Of a stretch of 64,000 nt of DNA, positions 1-9,307 are shown piece by piece. Made by a program: the position numbers and the translations under genes. The notes below the pieces were generated by a model. The model was not told the DNA's origin, did not search any database, and saw only the letters and a program-made list of their open reading frames with translations. Position 1 is the stretch's first letter, and the number at the start of each line of letters is the position of its first letter. Source of the stretch: an uncultured Eubacteriales bacterium (GTDB lineage Bacteria; Bacillota; JAAYKD01); assembly GCA_964425745.1 (NCBI GenBank), contig CAYRNW010000011.1, positions 8,505-72,504 of the forward strand, written 5' to 3'.

Positions 1-347
1 CGTATATCCATGCGAAACCAAAGCAACTTAGTGGCGGGCAAAAACAGCGCGTTGCCATTGCGCGAGCGCTGGCCATGGAACCGGAAATTTTGCTCTTTGA
101 CGAACCCACCTCGGCCTTGGACCCGCAAATGGTGGGGGAAGTCTTGACAGTCATGCGCAACTTAGCCTCTGAAGGATTGACCATGTTAGTGGTGACCCAC
201 GAAATGGCCTTTGCACGAGACGTTTCCAGTCATGTGGTTTTTATGAAAGACGGCATTCTCTGGGAAGAGGGAACACCAGATCAAATATTTGAACATCCAA
301 CAAAAATTGAAACCCAAGAATTCTTAGCGCGGTTCAGAGAACACTAA
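1..347 (+). CDS. Amino acid ABC transporter ATP-binding protein (5' partial)
   Basis: Frame from nt 3 reads [33 protein letters not shown]...VVTHEM (ABC signature, Walker B, H-loop; GlnQ-like). Confidence 0.92.
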   Translation, partial: YIHAKPKQLSGGQKQRVAIARALAMEPEILLFDEPTSALDPQMVGEVLTVMRNLASEGLTMLVVTHEMAFARDVSSHVVFMKDGILWEEGTPDQIFEHPTKIETQEFLARFREH

Positions 348-372
348 GAGAACAATAGAAAATAGCAAATCG

Positions 373-406
373 AAACAGCAGAGCAAAACGCCCTGCTGTT
401 TTTTTT
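373..406 (+). terminator. Intrinsic terminator
   Basis: AAACAGCAGAGC/GCCCTGCTGTTT hairpin followed by a T-run. Confidence 0.75.
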
Positions 407-520
407 GCAAAAGATTCGTAAAATTCTTCTTATGCGAAAGGTTATTTTCAGACTTTCAAGAATTCTTACATCAAGATCTGAACTGATGATTGCATTGGAC
501 CAATGAAAGGAAGGGCAGAC

Positions 521-1774
521 ATGAAACTAACCAAAGAAGAACGTTCATGGGTGTTATACGATTGTGGAAATTCTGCGTACTCCATGGCAGTGACCACGGC
601 ATTGTTGCCTATTATTTTTGGTATGTTCGAAAATGTGGGCAGTAGCATGGATTTAGGCTACTTCAACTCACTAGCCAGTATTCTTATTGCGATTCTGAGC
701 CCGGTGTTAGGAACCATTGCCGATTACAAAGACTTTAAGAAGCGATTCTTTACGTTCTTTGCTTCGCTCGGTATCCTAGCAACTGCTGCCTTGGCTTTTA
801 TTGCCCCTTCCAGTGGTCAATGGCAACTTCTGGTCCTGTTCTATGTATTATCGGCTCTTGGTTTTGCCGGTGCCAATATCTTTTATGATTCCTTCTTGGT
901 GGACGTCACCGACGATGAACGCATGGACAAAGTTTCCACAAGCGGCTTTGCCTTTGGCTACATCTCCAGTGTAATTCCCTTTGGCCTAAGTCTTGCATTG
1001 ATCTTTGTGCTCGGCATGGATAAAGCCATTGGCTACCAAATCGGGTTTATCGTAACTGCTCTCTGGTGGGGGCTGCTGACCATTCCAATCATCAAAGATG
1101 TAAAGCAACGTCATTATATTGAACCGGAACCACAACCCATACAAAACAGTTTCAAACGCTTGGCAGAAACCTTTCGCAACATCCGCCAACACAGAAACGT
1201 TTTTGTCTTCTTATTAGCCTACTTTTTCTACATCGATGGCGTGGATACGATTATCAAAATGGTGGTTCCTTATGCCACCTCGGTCTTGGGTGCGGATTCC
1301 CTAGACACCTTTACGTTGCTGGGGATTCTTCTGGTGATTCAAATCATCGCTTTCCCATGTGCGATTATATACGGCAACTTAGCCAAGAAGTACTCAGCAC
1401 GACTAATGATCATTGTGGGCATCTTCACCTATATTGTTTCTTGTATTGCAGCTTACTTCATCTCCTCGGTGTGGCATATTTTCATCTTGGGAGCTATGAT
1501 TGGTTCCGCACAGGGTGGTATTCAAGCGCTCAGTCGTTCTTATTATGCAAAGTTAGTGCCGAAGGAACAATCCAATGAGTTCTTTGGTTTTTACAATATC
1601 TTTGGTAAATTTGCTGCCATTATCGGACCCGGAGTCATGGCTTTGACCTCCACCTTAACCGGCAATCCAAAATTGAGTATCTTAGCCATCATCCCACTCT
1701 TTATTATTGGTTTCGCAATTTTCTTGACCTTACCCAAAGTAGAAACCAGAGCTACGGAAGTTGCAGGATCTTAA
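521..1774 (+). CDS. MFS transporter (UMF1/Atg22-like family)
   Basis: About 12 hydrophobic segments; SWVLYDCGNSAY, GTIADY, SRSYYAKLVP and EFFGFY motifs; ATG at 521 after a GGAAGG RBS. Confidence 0.85.
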   Translation: MKLTKEERSWVLYDCGNSAYSMAVTTALLPIIFGMFENVGSSMDLGYFNSLASILIAILSPVLGTIADYKDFKKRFFTFFASLGILATAALAFIAPSSGQWQLLVLFYVLSALGFAGANIFYDSFLVDVTDDERMDKVSTSGFAFGYISSVIPFGLSLALIFVLGMDKAIGYQIGFIVTALWWGLLTIPIIKDVKQRHYIEPEPQPIQNSFKRLAETFRNIRQHRNVFVFLLAYFFYIDGVDTIIKMVVPYATSVLGADSLDTFTLLGILLVIQIIAFPCAIIYGNLAKKYSARLMIIVGIFTYIVSCIAAYFISSVWHIFILGAMIGSAQGGIQALSRSYYAKLVPKEQSNEFFGFYNIFGKFAAIIGPGVMALTSTLTGNPKLSILAIIPLFIIGFAIFLTLPKVETRATEVAGS

Positions 1775-1777
1775 GAG

Positions 1778-3043
1778 ATGAGTGCGAAGCATGTGATTGT
1801 GGTATCCTACGATGCCTTTGCCGCCGAAGACTGGTCTTTGGCGGCTTCTCTTCCCAATATGGCTCGTTTATTGGAAAAAGGAGCCTATTCGGACCAACTG
1901 CAAAGTGTGGATCCGAGTTTGACCTATGTTGCTCATACTACCATGGTTACCGGAGTTTCACCCCACCGGCATGGTATACTGCACAACAATCCCTTCCAGC
2001 CGTTTGTCGCTGAATCCGAGCAAGCTTGGCATTGGTTTCACAATCAAATTCAAGTACCGACGCTTTATGATCTTGTACAAGAACAGGGTGGGACGACGGC
2101 AGCGATCCTATGGCCGGTCACTGCAGGGGCTAAAATCAAGTATCATTTACCGGAAGTTCGTGCCATTGGCAAAGAGAATCAAATTTTAAAAGTTCTTCGA
2201 TATGGCAGTCCTTTCTACTGCCTCGATATGGAACGCCGCTTTGGTTCTTTGCGAAAGGGGATTGAGCAACCCAATCTAGATAACTTTATAGCCGCTGTTG
2301 CCGCTCACACACTTCGGACCAAGCAACCAAACTTGATGTTGATTCATTTTATTGAATTGGATGAGATGAAACACCACCATGGTACCCAGTCTGTGCAAGC
2401 AAAACGGGCCATTGTTAATATGGATGAACATTTGGGACAGCTCATCAAAGCTGCGGAAGAAGCGGGAATCTTGGATGAAACGGTTTTTGTAGTAATCGGA
2501 GATCATAGCCAGCTGGATTACCATACCAAAATCTATTTGAATCGTCATTTGCGTGAAATGGGAATCATTCTCGAGACAGCAACAGAAAAGACCTGGAAAG
2601 CTTGGTTTCAGAGCACTGGAGGTGGGGCTTATTTGCACTTTGCTCCCGGAGCAGAGGAGACCAAATCTATCCTATTGAAATGGTTGGAGGAGGTTTCTTT
2701 GGAATCGGATTTCGGTATTGAGCGCTTCTTTGAACTCTCAGGGTTGATTTTTGTTGAAGCTAAATCCGGATACTGTTTTGATGATGATTGGCAGGAGCCA
2801 AACGATCTTGTTCCCACTCGCGAAAGCACCACCGGTGCGACCCACGGTTATTCGAAGGAACGAGAGAACTACAGCTCGAATCTACTAGTATCGGGTCCGG
2901 GTATTCGAAATCATTCTAATCTTGGTCCGGTTCGCATGGTCGACATCGCCCCCACCTTGGCTGCTCTCTTTGAGCTACCCTTCTCATCGGAGGGGACGGT
3001 TCTCCGCCACGCTTTTTTGCCAAGTTATTACCAAAATCACTAA
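1778..3043 (+). CDS. Alkaline phosphatase superfamily nucleotide pyrophosphatase/phosphodiesterase
   Basis: VVSYDA, PSLTYVAHTTMVTG (Thr nucleophile), D..KH, GDHSQ, ATHGY and VDIAPT motifs. Confidence 0.85.
   Translation: MSAKHVIVVSYDAFAAEDWSLAASLPNMARLLEKGAYSDQLQSVDPSLTYVAHTTMVTGVSPHRHGILHNNPFQPFVAESEQAWHWFHNQIQVPTLYDLVQEQGGTTAAILWPVTAGAKIKYHLPEVRAIGKENQILKVLRYGSPFYCLDMERRFGSLRKGIEQPNLDNFIAAVAAHTLRTKQPNLMLIHFIELDEMKHHHGTQSVQAKRAIVNMDEHLGQLIKAAEEAGILDETVFVVIGDHSQLDYHTKIYLNRHLREMGIILETATEKTWKAWFQSTGGGAYLHFAPGAEETKSILLKWLEEVSLESDFGIERFFELSGLIFVEAKSGYCFDDDWQEPNDLVPTRESTTGATHGYSKERENYSSNLLVSGPGIRNHSNLGPVRMVDIAPTLAALFELPFSSEGTVLRHAFLPSYYQNH
2992..3033 (+). repeat. Family-A REP arm inside the 3' end of the phosphodiesterase gene
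   Basis: GGGGACGGTTCTCCGCCACGCTTTTTTGCCA closely matches the intergenic arm at 54467 (GGGGACGGTTCTCTGCCACGCATTTCTGCCA). Confidence 0.8.
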
Positions 3044-3059
3044 TTTAGGAGGAACTCAG

Positions 3060-3554
3060 ATGAACTTCATCTCTCAAGTCACCCAAGCCATGATGCAACA
3101 CGAACATGGCAACGCGCACCGCATCAATCATTTCTTGCGCGTGAATGCATATGGAAAAATCATCGCTAACCTCGAACAAGTGGATGAAAAAACCATGCTG
3201 ATTCTTGATACGGTTACGTTAATGCATGACATTGGCATTAAGATTAGCCTACAAAAATACAACAGTGGGGCATGGAATTATCAGCAACTGGAAGGTCCTA
3301 CGGAAGCACGAGCGATTTTACAGAAGCTGGAATGTCCGGATGAATTGCGTGAACGAGTGGAATGGCTGATTGCTCATCATCACGAAACAGAGAATGTTCA
3401 AGAGATTGATTATCAAATTTTGTTGGAAGCCGATTATTTGGTCAATGCGATTGATCGCAAAACTCCAGCAGAAGAAGTTCTTAAAGGGGCTGAAAAGTTC
3501 TTCAAAACTGCGGCGGGTTGGAGTATTTTGAAACATCTTTTGGGTGTGGATTAA
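3060..3554 (+). CDS. HD-domain phosphohydrolase
   Basis: H..RV, LMHDIG, HH and EAD motifs; GGAGG RBS before ATG 3060. Confidence 0.85.
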   Translation: MNFISQVTQAMMQHEHGNAHRINHFLRVNAYGKIIANLEQVDEKTMLILDTVTLMHDIGIKISLQKYNSGAWNYQQLEGPTEARAILQKLECPDELRERVEWLIAHHHETENVQEIDYQILLEADYLVNAIDRKTPAEEVLKGAEKFFKTAAGWSILKHLLGVD

Positions 3555-3670
3555 CTTCTTTCATACGATCGCTAAGATTCTTAATTTTCTCTGAAAATCG
3601 AAAGCAGAGGTGCCTAAAAATCACCTCTCTTTTTTTATGAAAAAAAGTAGTTTTTTGGTATAAACTTCTA

Positions 3671-3720
3671 TTGACAACATCTTGTGGGCGGAATATAATA
3701 GTAAACACAATATGTAGTGG
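3671..3720 (+). promoter_or_regulatory. Consensus sigma-A promoter overlapped by tandem NrdR boxes
   Basis: TTGACA 3671-3676, 17 bp, TATAAT 3694-3699; ACAACATCTTGTGG (3674) and ACACAATATGTAGTGG (3705) resemble the NrdR box and lie upstream of nrdGD. Confidence 0.85.
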
Positions 3721-3736
3721 TTAGGAGGGGTGAGCA

Positions 3737-4450
3737 TTGCAAGTCGCTGGTATGATCAAGTTAAGTTTGCAAGATTACCCCGGCAAACTGGCCTGTGTTC
3801 TCTTTACTCCGGGTTGTCAATTTCGCTGCCCCTTTTGTCACAATTCCGAGTTAGCATTAGCAGACGCAAGGCAAGGAAATGTTAGTAACGAAGAGATATT
3901 CCAATTTTTACAAAAACGAGAAGGCCTCTTAGAAGCAGTTGTAATCAGTGGAGGAGAGCCAACCCTACAGCCAGAGCTTGAGTCGTTTCTGACCCAACTA
4001 CGTTCCTTCAAGTATAAAATTAAACTAGATACCAATGGCTATAATCCAGACGAATTAGAGAAACTACTGAAGCTGAATCTTTTAGACTATGTTGCTATGG
4101 ACCTTAAAAATTCGCCTGAGAACTATGCTGAAACCTGTGGGGTACTCAAAATCAACCCCGAGAGGATTCGAGCAAGCATTCGAATTATAAAAAGCAGCGG
4201 CGTGGAACACGAATTTCGCACAACCGTCGTTCGTGAATTCCACCAGCACAAAGATTTAATAGATCTCAACCAATGGGAGATTGGCGATTCACCTCTAATT
4301 CTCCAAACGTTTCGTGACGGCCCCACGGTCATGAAGCCCGGCCTTCATCCCTACAGCGATGAAGAGATGCTGAACCTCGCAGCGGAGGCAAAAAAGACGA
4401 TTCCCGGTCTCCGCCTCAGACAAGAAACTTCCGAAAAACAAGAAAACTAA
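3737..4450 (+). CDS. nrdG: Anaerobic ribonucleoside-triphosphate reductase activating protein (radical SAM)
   Basis: CQFRCPFCHN (CxxxCxxC), SGGEPT, KLDTNG and EFRTT; TTG start after AGGAGG; adjacent to nrdD. Confidence 0.92.
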   Translation: MQVAGMIKLSLQDYPGKLACVLFTPGCQFRCPFCHNSELALADARQGNVSNEEIFQFLQKREGLLEAVVISGGEPTLQPELESFLTQLRSFKYKIKLDTNGYNPDELEKLLKLNLLDYVAMDLKNSPENYAETCGVLKINPERIRASIRIIKSSGVEHEFRTTVVREFHQHKDLIDLNQWEIGDSPLILQTFRDGPTVMKPGLHPYSDEEMLNLAAEAKKTIPGLRLRQETSEKQEN

Positions 4451-4497
4451 AGTCTTCACAGACTTCAAATACAATCAAGAAAAAGGACGGATGAACC

Positions 4498-6903
4498 ATG
4501 TATCGCGTTATGAAACGAGACGGCCAGATCGTCGATTTTAACCTCGAGAAAATTTCAAATGCAATGATTAAAGCCTTTGAGGCCAAAGAAACACCGTTCG
4601 ACCGCAATGTTGTTGACTTTATGGCCTTGAAAGTCACAGCAGACTTTGCACCCAAAATCAAAGATGGGTTTATTAGTGTTGAAGACATTCAAGACAGTGT
4701 TGAACGCGTCTTGATTCAAGCAGGCTATGCCGATGTTGCCAGAGCCTATATCTTGTACCGCAGGCAACACGAAAGCTTACGTCAAGTCAAAACTACCTTA
4801 CTGGACTACAAAAAAATAGTGGACAGCTACGTAAAAGTAAGCGATTGGCGCGTCAAAGAAAACTCCACCGTCACTTACTCTGTAGGCGGACTAATTTTAA
4901 GCAACTCCGGAGCCATTACAGCAAACTACTGGCTCAGCGAAATTTATGATCCCGAGATCGCCGAAGCACATCGCAATTGCGACCTACACCTCCATGATTT
5001 ATCCATGTTGACCGGCTATTGCGCCGGCTGGTCGTTGCGTCAACTCATCCAAGAGGGGTTAGGCGGTATTTCCGGTAAGATCACCTCTTCGCCGGCCAAA
5101 CATTTGGCTACCCTATGTAACCAAATGGTCAACTTCCTCGGCATCATGCAAAACGAATGGGCGGGGGCGCAAGCCTTTTCCTCATTTGACACCTATTTAG
5201 CACCCTTTGTCAAAGCCGACAATCTGACCTACGATCAAGTAGAGAAAAGCTTGGAATCGTTTATCTTTGGCGTTAATACCCCCAGCCGTTGGGGCACCCA
5301 AGCACCCTTCTCGAACATTACCTTAGACTGGGTCGTTCCCCCGGATTTGGCAATCCAACCGGCTATCGTCGGTGGCAAAGAGATGAACTTCACCTACGGC
5401 GACTGCCAACCGGAAATGGACATCATCAACAAAGCCTTTATTAAAATCATGTTGGGTGGCGATGCCGACGGCCGCGGATTCCAGTATCCCATTCCCACCT
5501 ACTCCATCACCAAGGATTTTGATTGGAGCGACACTGAAAACAATCGTCTGCTCTTTGAAATGACCGCCAAATATGGCACACCCTATTTTTCCAACTATAT
5601 CAATAGCGATATGGAACCCAACGATGTGCGCTCCATGTGCTGCCGTTTGCGACTCGATCTGCGTGAACTGCGCAAAAAAGCCGGTGGATTCTTCGGTAGT
5701 GGTGAGAGTACCGGATCCATTGGGGTCGTTACCATCAACATGCCCCGTATCGCTTACCTGGCTTCCAATCGCCAAGATTTCTACAACCGCTTGAACAGAC
5801 AGATGGACATTTCCGCCCGCTCCTTAGACACCAAGCGTAAAGTCATCACCCAGCTGCTCGATGCCGGGTTGTATCCATATACCAGACATTACCTTGGCAC
5901 TCTTGATAACCATTTTTCTACCATTGGTATTATTGGTATGAACGAAGTCGGCTTGAATGCGAATTGGCTGGGGAATAACCTTACCGACCCCAAGACTCAA
6001 GAGTTTGCAAAAGAGGTTTTGAATCACATGCGTGACCGCTTAAGCATGTATCAAGAACAATATGGCTGTTTGTTCAACTTAGAAGCAACACCGGCTGAAT
6101 CTACAACCTATCGTTTGGCTAAACATGACGTGGAAAAATTCCCCCGCATCAAGACCGCGAACGATAAAGGCACACCGTATTACACCAACAGCTCTCATTT
6201 GCCGGTAAGTTTTAGTGATGACATCTTCTCGGCTCTCGATATCCAAGATGGACTTCAAACACTCTACACATCGGGCACCGTTTTCCATGCATTCTTAGGT
6301 GAAAAACTCCCCGATTGGAAGAGTACGGCAACTTTGGTGCGCAAAATCGCCGAGAATTACAGCTTACCGTATTACACCATGTCACCTACCTATTCCATCT
6401 GTCCGGAGCATGGCTACATTGACGGCGAGCACTTCCAATGTCCGCAATGTGGCAGCAATGCAGAAGTCTACAGCCGCATTACGGGGTATTACCGTCCGGT
6501 TCAAAACTGGAACGAGGGCAAAGCCCAAGAATTCAAAGACCGTATTGAGTATGATCAAGAAAAAGCTCAACGTGAAATTGAACATGTGATGCATCGCAAC
6601 AATTCTGTGCAAGTAGCAGAGATCAAAGCGACAACGGTGCAAATTCATGAAATGGAACCCATGGAAGGAATCTTCCTCTTTGTCACGCCTACCTGCCCCA
6701 ACTGCAAAACTGCAAAACGCATGCTAGACGAAGCAGGAATTGTATATCAAGTCATCGATGCATATGAGAAACCGGAAATGGCCGAGAACTTCCATGTTCA
6801 AACGGCACCCTCATTGGTCATCAAAGACAAAGAACACAGCACTGGGCAAACCTTTGCCAATGTTCATGAAATCCGCAATTTCTGTCAGAAGCAAAATAGC
6901 TAG
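4498..6903 (+). CDS. nrdD: Class III ribonucleoside-triphosphate reductase with N-terminal ATP cone and C-terminal glutaredoxin-like domain
   Basis: VMKRDG ATP cone, SMCCRL, NLEATPAE, Zn ribbon CPEHG...CPQC, glycyl-radical YSRITGYYRPV and C-terminal CPNC...APSL. Confidence 0.95.
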   Translation: MYRVMKRDGQIVDFNLEKISNAMIKAFEAKETPFDRNVVDFMALKVTADFAPKIKDGFISVEDIQDSVERVLIQAGYADVARAYILYRRQHESLRQVKTTLLDYKKIVDSYVKVSDWRVKENSTVTYSVGGLILSNSGAITANYWLSEIYDPEIAEAHRNCDLHLHDLSMLTGYCAGWSLRQLIQEGLGGISGKITSSPAKHLATLCNQMVNFLGIMQNEWAGAQAFSSFDTYLAPFVKADNLTYDQVEKSLESFIFGVNTPSRWGTQAPFSNITLDWVVPPDLAIQPAIVGGKEMNFTYGDCQPEMDIINKAFIKIMLGGDADGRGFQYPIPTYSITKDFDWSDTENNRLLFEMTAKYGTPYFSNYINSDMEPNDVRSMCCRLRLDLRELRKKAGGFFGSGESTGSIGVVTINMPRIAYLASNRQDFYNRLNRQMDISARSLDTKRKVITQLLDAGLYPYTRHYLGTLDNHFSTIGIIGMNEVGLNANWLGNNLTDPKTQEFAKEVLNHMRDRLSMYQEQYGCLFNLEATPAESTTYRLAKHDVEKFPRIKTANDKGTPYYTNSSHLPVSFSDDIFSALDIQDGLQTLYTSGTVFHAFLGEKLPDWKSTATLVRKIAENYSLPYYTMSPTYSICPEHGYIDGEHFQCPQCGSNAEVYSRITGYYRPVQNWNEGKAQEFKDRIEYDQEKAQREIEHVMHRNNSVQVAEIKATTVQIHEMEPMEGIFLFVTPTCPNCKTAKRMLDEAGIVYQVIDAYEKPEMAENFHVQTAPSLVIKDKEHSTGQTFANVHEIRNFCQKQNS

Positions 6904-6976
6904 TCACATCCACCGCCGGTTCGAAAGGTTTTTTAGCCTACTCGGATCGGCGGATTCTCTATAGGGGGCAGATACC

Positions 6977-7627
6977 ATGGCAAAAGATAAGCCAGGAGTG
7001 TTATTCAACCGCATCTCGTTTTTCTATGGTCTTTTCTACGAGCGACAGAAAAGGCATTTTTTACGTGTCCTTCAACGCGTAGGCCCTCAAACAGCACTTC
7101 ATCACTATACAACCGTATTGGATGTTGGCTGTGGCACCGGAGCACTTTGTGCGGCCTTAGATCAAAGAGGATTTATGGTGACCGGTATCGATCCGGCAGA
7201 AAAAATGCTGGCAGTGGGTCGCAGCAAAAAAGAAAATGCGAAAGTTCGCTTTATGGTTGGAGATGCCACACAAAAACTACCATTTTCTGATCAGGCTTTC
7301 GACTTCTCAATCGCTTCCTATGTGGCGCATGGCATGCCTTCGGAACAGCGCAAACGTATGTACAGAGAAATGAGCCGTATTACCCAGCATAAGGTGATCA
7401 TCTATGATTACAATCGCAATCGCTCCTTCTGGACCAATGTTATTGAATGGATTGAAGGGGGAGACTATTTTCACTTTATTAAACATGCTCAAAACGAATT
7501 GGAGGATTGCAAGACTCAGTTAGAGCATTGTTTTGCACACGTCGAGGTAATTGAGGTTGATACCCGCGCTGCTTGGTATGTTTGTACGCCGTCACAAAAA
7601 GGAAAAACCGATTCTGCGTTGAAATAA
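6977..7627 (+). CDS. Class I SAM-dependent methyltransferase
   Basis: VLDVGCGTG, GID, GDA..LPF...FD motifs. Confidence 0.88.
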   Translation: MAKDKPGVLFNRISFFYGLFYERQKRHFLRVLQRVGPQTALHHYTTVLDVGCGTGALCAALDQRGFMVTGIDPAEKMLAVGRSKKENAKVRFMVGDATQKLPFSDQAFDFSIASYVAHGMPSEQRKRMYREMSRITQHKVIIYDYNRNRSFWTNVIEWIEGGDYFHFIKHAQNELEDCKTQLEHCFAHVEVIEVDTRAAWYVCTPSQKGKTDSALK

Positions 7628-7661
7628 GCTTTATATCAATTAAAGGGCGGCGTATCAATTC

Positions 7662-8348
7662 ATGAAGAAAATGCAAATCAAAATACTCAAACGAGGACCC
7701 TACTTGGTCACCGGAGGTGTACCACTAACCGAAGAAATCATCGTTCCCCATGGCAACAGCTATGAGTATAAACCGGGCAGAACCTTTCCACAAACCGAAA
7801 CCTATACCTTATGCAGGTGCGGAAAATCCAAGAATTTCCCCTTTTGCGACGGCAGCCATGTTCACGAGGAATTCAATCACGAAGAAGTCGCTTCCAAAGA
7901 AAGCTTTTCTACACGGGCTGAACTGATCATCGGTAAAAAAATCGACCTTCTCGACGACCATCGCTGTTCCTTGGCACGTTTTTGCCACCGTCAGCAAGGA
8001 GAGGTTTGGGATCTGGTCGAGTGCTCAGAAAACGAAGACGATGTTCGGGAAGCCATCCTCGGTTCAGACTTGTGTCCATCGGGACGTTTGGTTGCCAGAG
8101 AAAAAGATGGCACCGAGCACGAGCCGGTCTTAGAACCGGGAATTGTTATTCTCCAGGACCCCGAGAAAGGTGTCAGCGGCCCCCTCTATGTTCGCGGAGA
8201 GATTCCTTTAGTATCAGCAGACGGAACCCCTTATGAGATCCGTAATCGTATCACCCTATGTCGTTGTGGTCAATCTTCAGATATGCCGTTCTGTGACGCA
8301 AGTCATATCAAATCAAACTTCAAGGATGGACACGAAAAAGGAGAATAA
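7662..8348 (+). CDS. CDGSH iron-sulfur domain protein (two CDGSH motifs around a divergent ferredoxin-like domain)
   Basis: LCRCGKSKNFPFCDGSH and LCRCGQSSDMPFCDASH; central C..ARFC...CPSGRL. Confidence 0.88.
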   Translation: MKKMQIKILKRGPYLVTGGVPLTEEIIVPHGNSYEYKPGRTFPQTETYTLCRCGKSKNFPFCDGSHVHEEFNHEEVASKESFSTRAELIIGKKIDLLDDHRCSLARFCHRQQGEVWDLVECSENEDDVREAILGSDLCPSGRLVAREKDGTEHEPVLEPGIVILQDPEKGVSGPLYVRGEIPLVSADGTPYEIRNRITLCRCGQSSDMPFCDASHIKSNFKDGHEKGE

Positions 8349-8366
8349 ACGGAAGGAGCAATTCTA

Positions 8367-9053
8367 ATGAAACTGTTCATTTCATCTTATTCAACCAAAA
8401 CCGCAGTTGAAATTTTATTGCATAACAATGGTTATAAAGAGTATTCTTTGAGTGAAACACCCCTTGGGTTGCAGCTACAATTACCGGATCACGCTTACAG
8501 CCCAGCCGAACTCCAGGCTGCCAAACGTCATTTTTCCTTTTACGACCTCTTCCTTTGGAGTGAGAAAGGCATCGAGAATGTGGTTCTTTGGGAGAAACCT
8601 GAGTGTGTAGGATCTATGATCGAAGAGTTTGCAACATTTTTTGAATCACTCACCTTCGACCTCCTGACGACGATTGAAGCCAGGGGTTTTATTATGGGTG
8701 GGATGTTTGTCGGTCCCTTGCAAAAACCCTTGATTACAATACGCAAGCATAAGAAAATTTTCGAAGCGTTACCCGGGTATAAGCAAACCTATACCAACTG
8801 GCAAGGGGAGAAAGAGAACCTTTATTTATTCGAGAGCAACTTTGGACCCGCGAAAGCAATCTTCATGGATGATATTCTCGAAACCGGAGCTTCTCTTCAG
8901 GGGGCAGTCGATTTATTGGCACAAGAACAAATCTCGGTAATTGGTGCTTTTTATTTAGTGGATGCCTCCAAGAGTGAAGTCCGGGACCAGTTTGATTTTC
9001 CCATCCATTCCTTATTACGATTTGATGGACTTAAAGAGAACCAACCAGTATAG
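8367..9053 (+). CDS. Type I phosphoribosyltransferase (APRT-like) with N-terminal extension
   Basis: IEARGF and PRPP-binding IFMDDILETGAS motifs. Confidence 0.8.
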   Translation: MKLFISSYSTKTAVEILLHNNGYKEYSLSETPLGLQLQLPDHAYSPAELQAAKRHFSFYDLFLWSEKGIENVVLWEKPECVGSMIEEFATFFESLTFDLLTTIEARGFIMGGMFVGPLQKPLITIRKHKKIFEALPGYKQTYTNWQGEKENLYLFESNFGPAKAIFMDDILETGASLQGAVDLLAQEQISVIGAFYLVDASKSEVRDQFDFPIHSLLRFDGLKENQPV

Positions 9054-9173
9054 AAGAAAATGGGATGGTTACAACGCACCATGATTAAAACCATAGCCAA
9101 GGTTGAAGAGGAGCAAGAAGCCATTCAGTGGCAGGTGCTCGATCAACTCGCCGATCTCTTAAAGACAGAATAA
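9054..9173 (+). pseudogene. Possible C-terminal gene remnant (flavodoxin/HemG-like tail)
   Basis: Reads KKMGWLQRTMIKTIAKVEEEQEAIQWQVLDQLADLLKTE-stop just before a terminator; no clear RBS. Confidence 0.35.
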
Positions 9174-9183
9174 AAATTGAGGT

Positions 9184-9228
9184 AGCCCGATGACTTTTAC
9201 TTAGAAAGTTAATCGGGCTCTCTTTTTT
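9184..9228 (+). terminator. Intrinsic terminator
   Basis: AGCCCGAT...ATCGGGCT stem with a downstream T-run. Confidence 0.7.
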
Positions 9229-9307
9229 GTTAAATGCTTGTAAATCAACAGGAAAGCGCTAACGACGCGCGAAATATAGAAACAACGAACAAAAAGGAGG
9301 AATTTGC

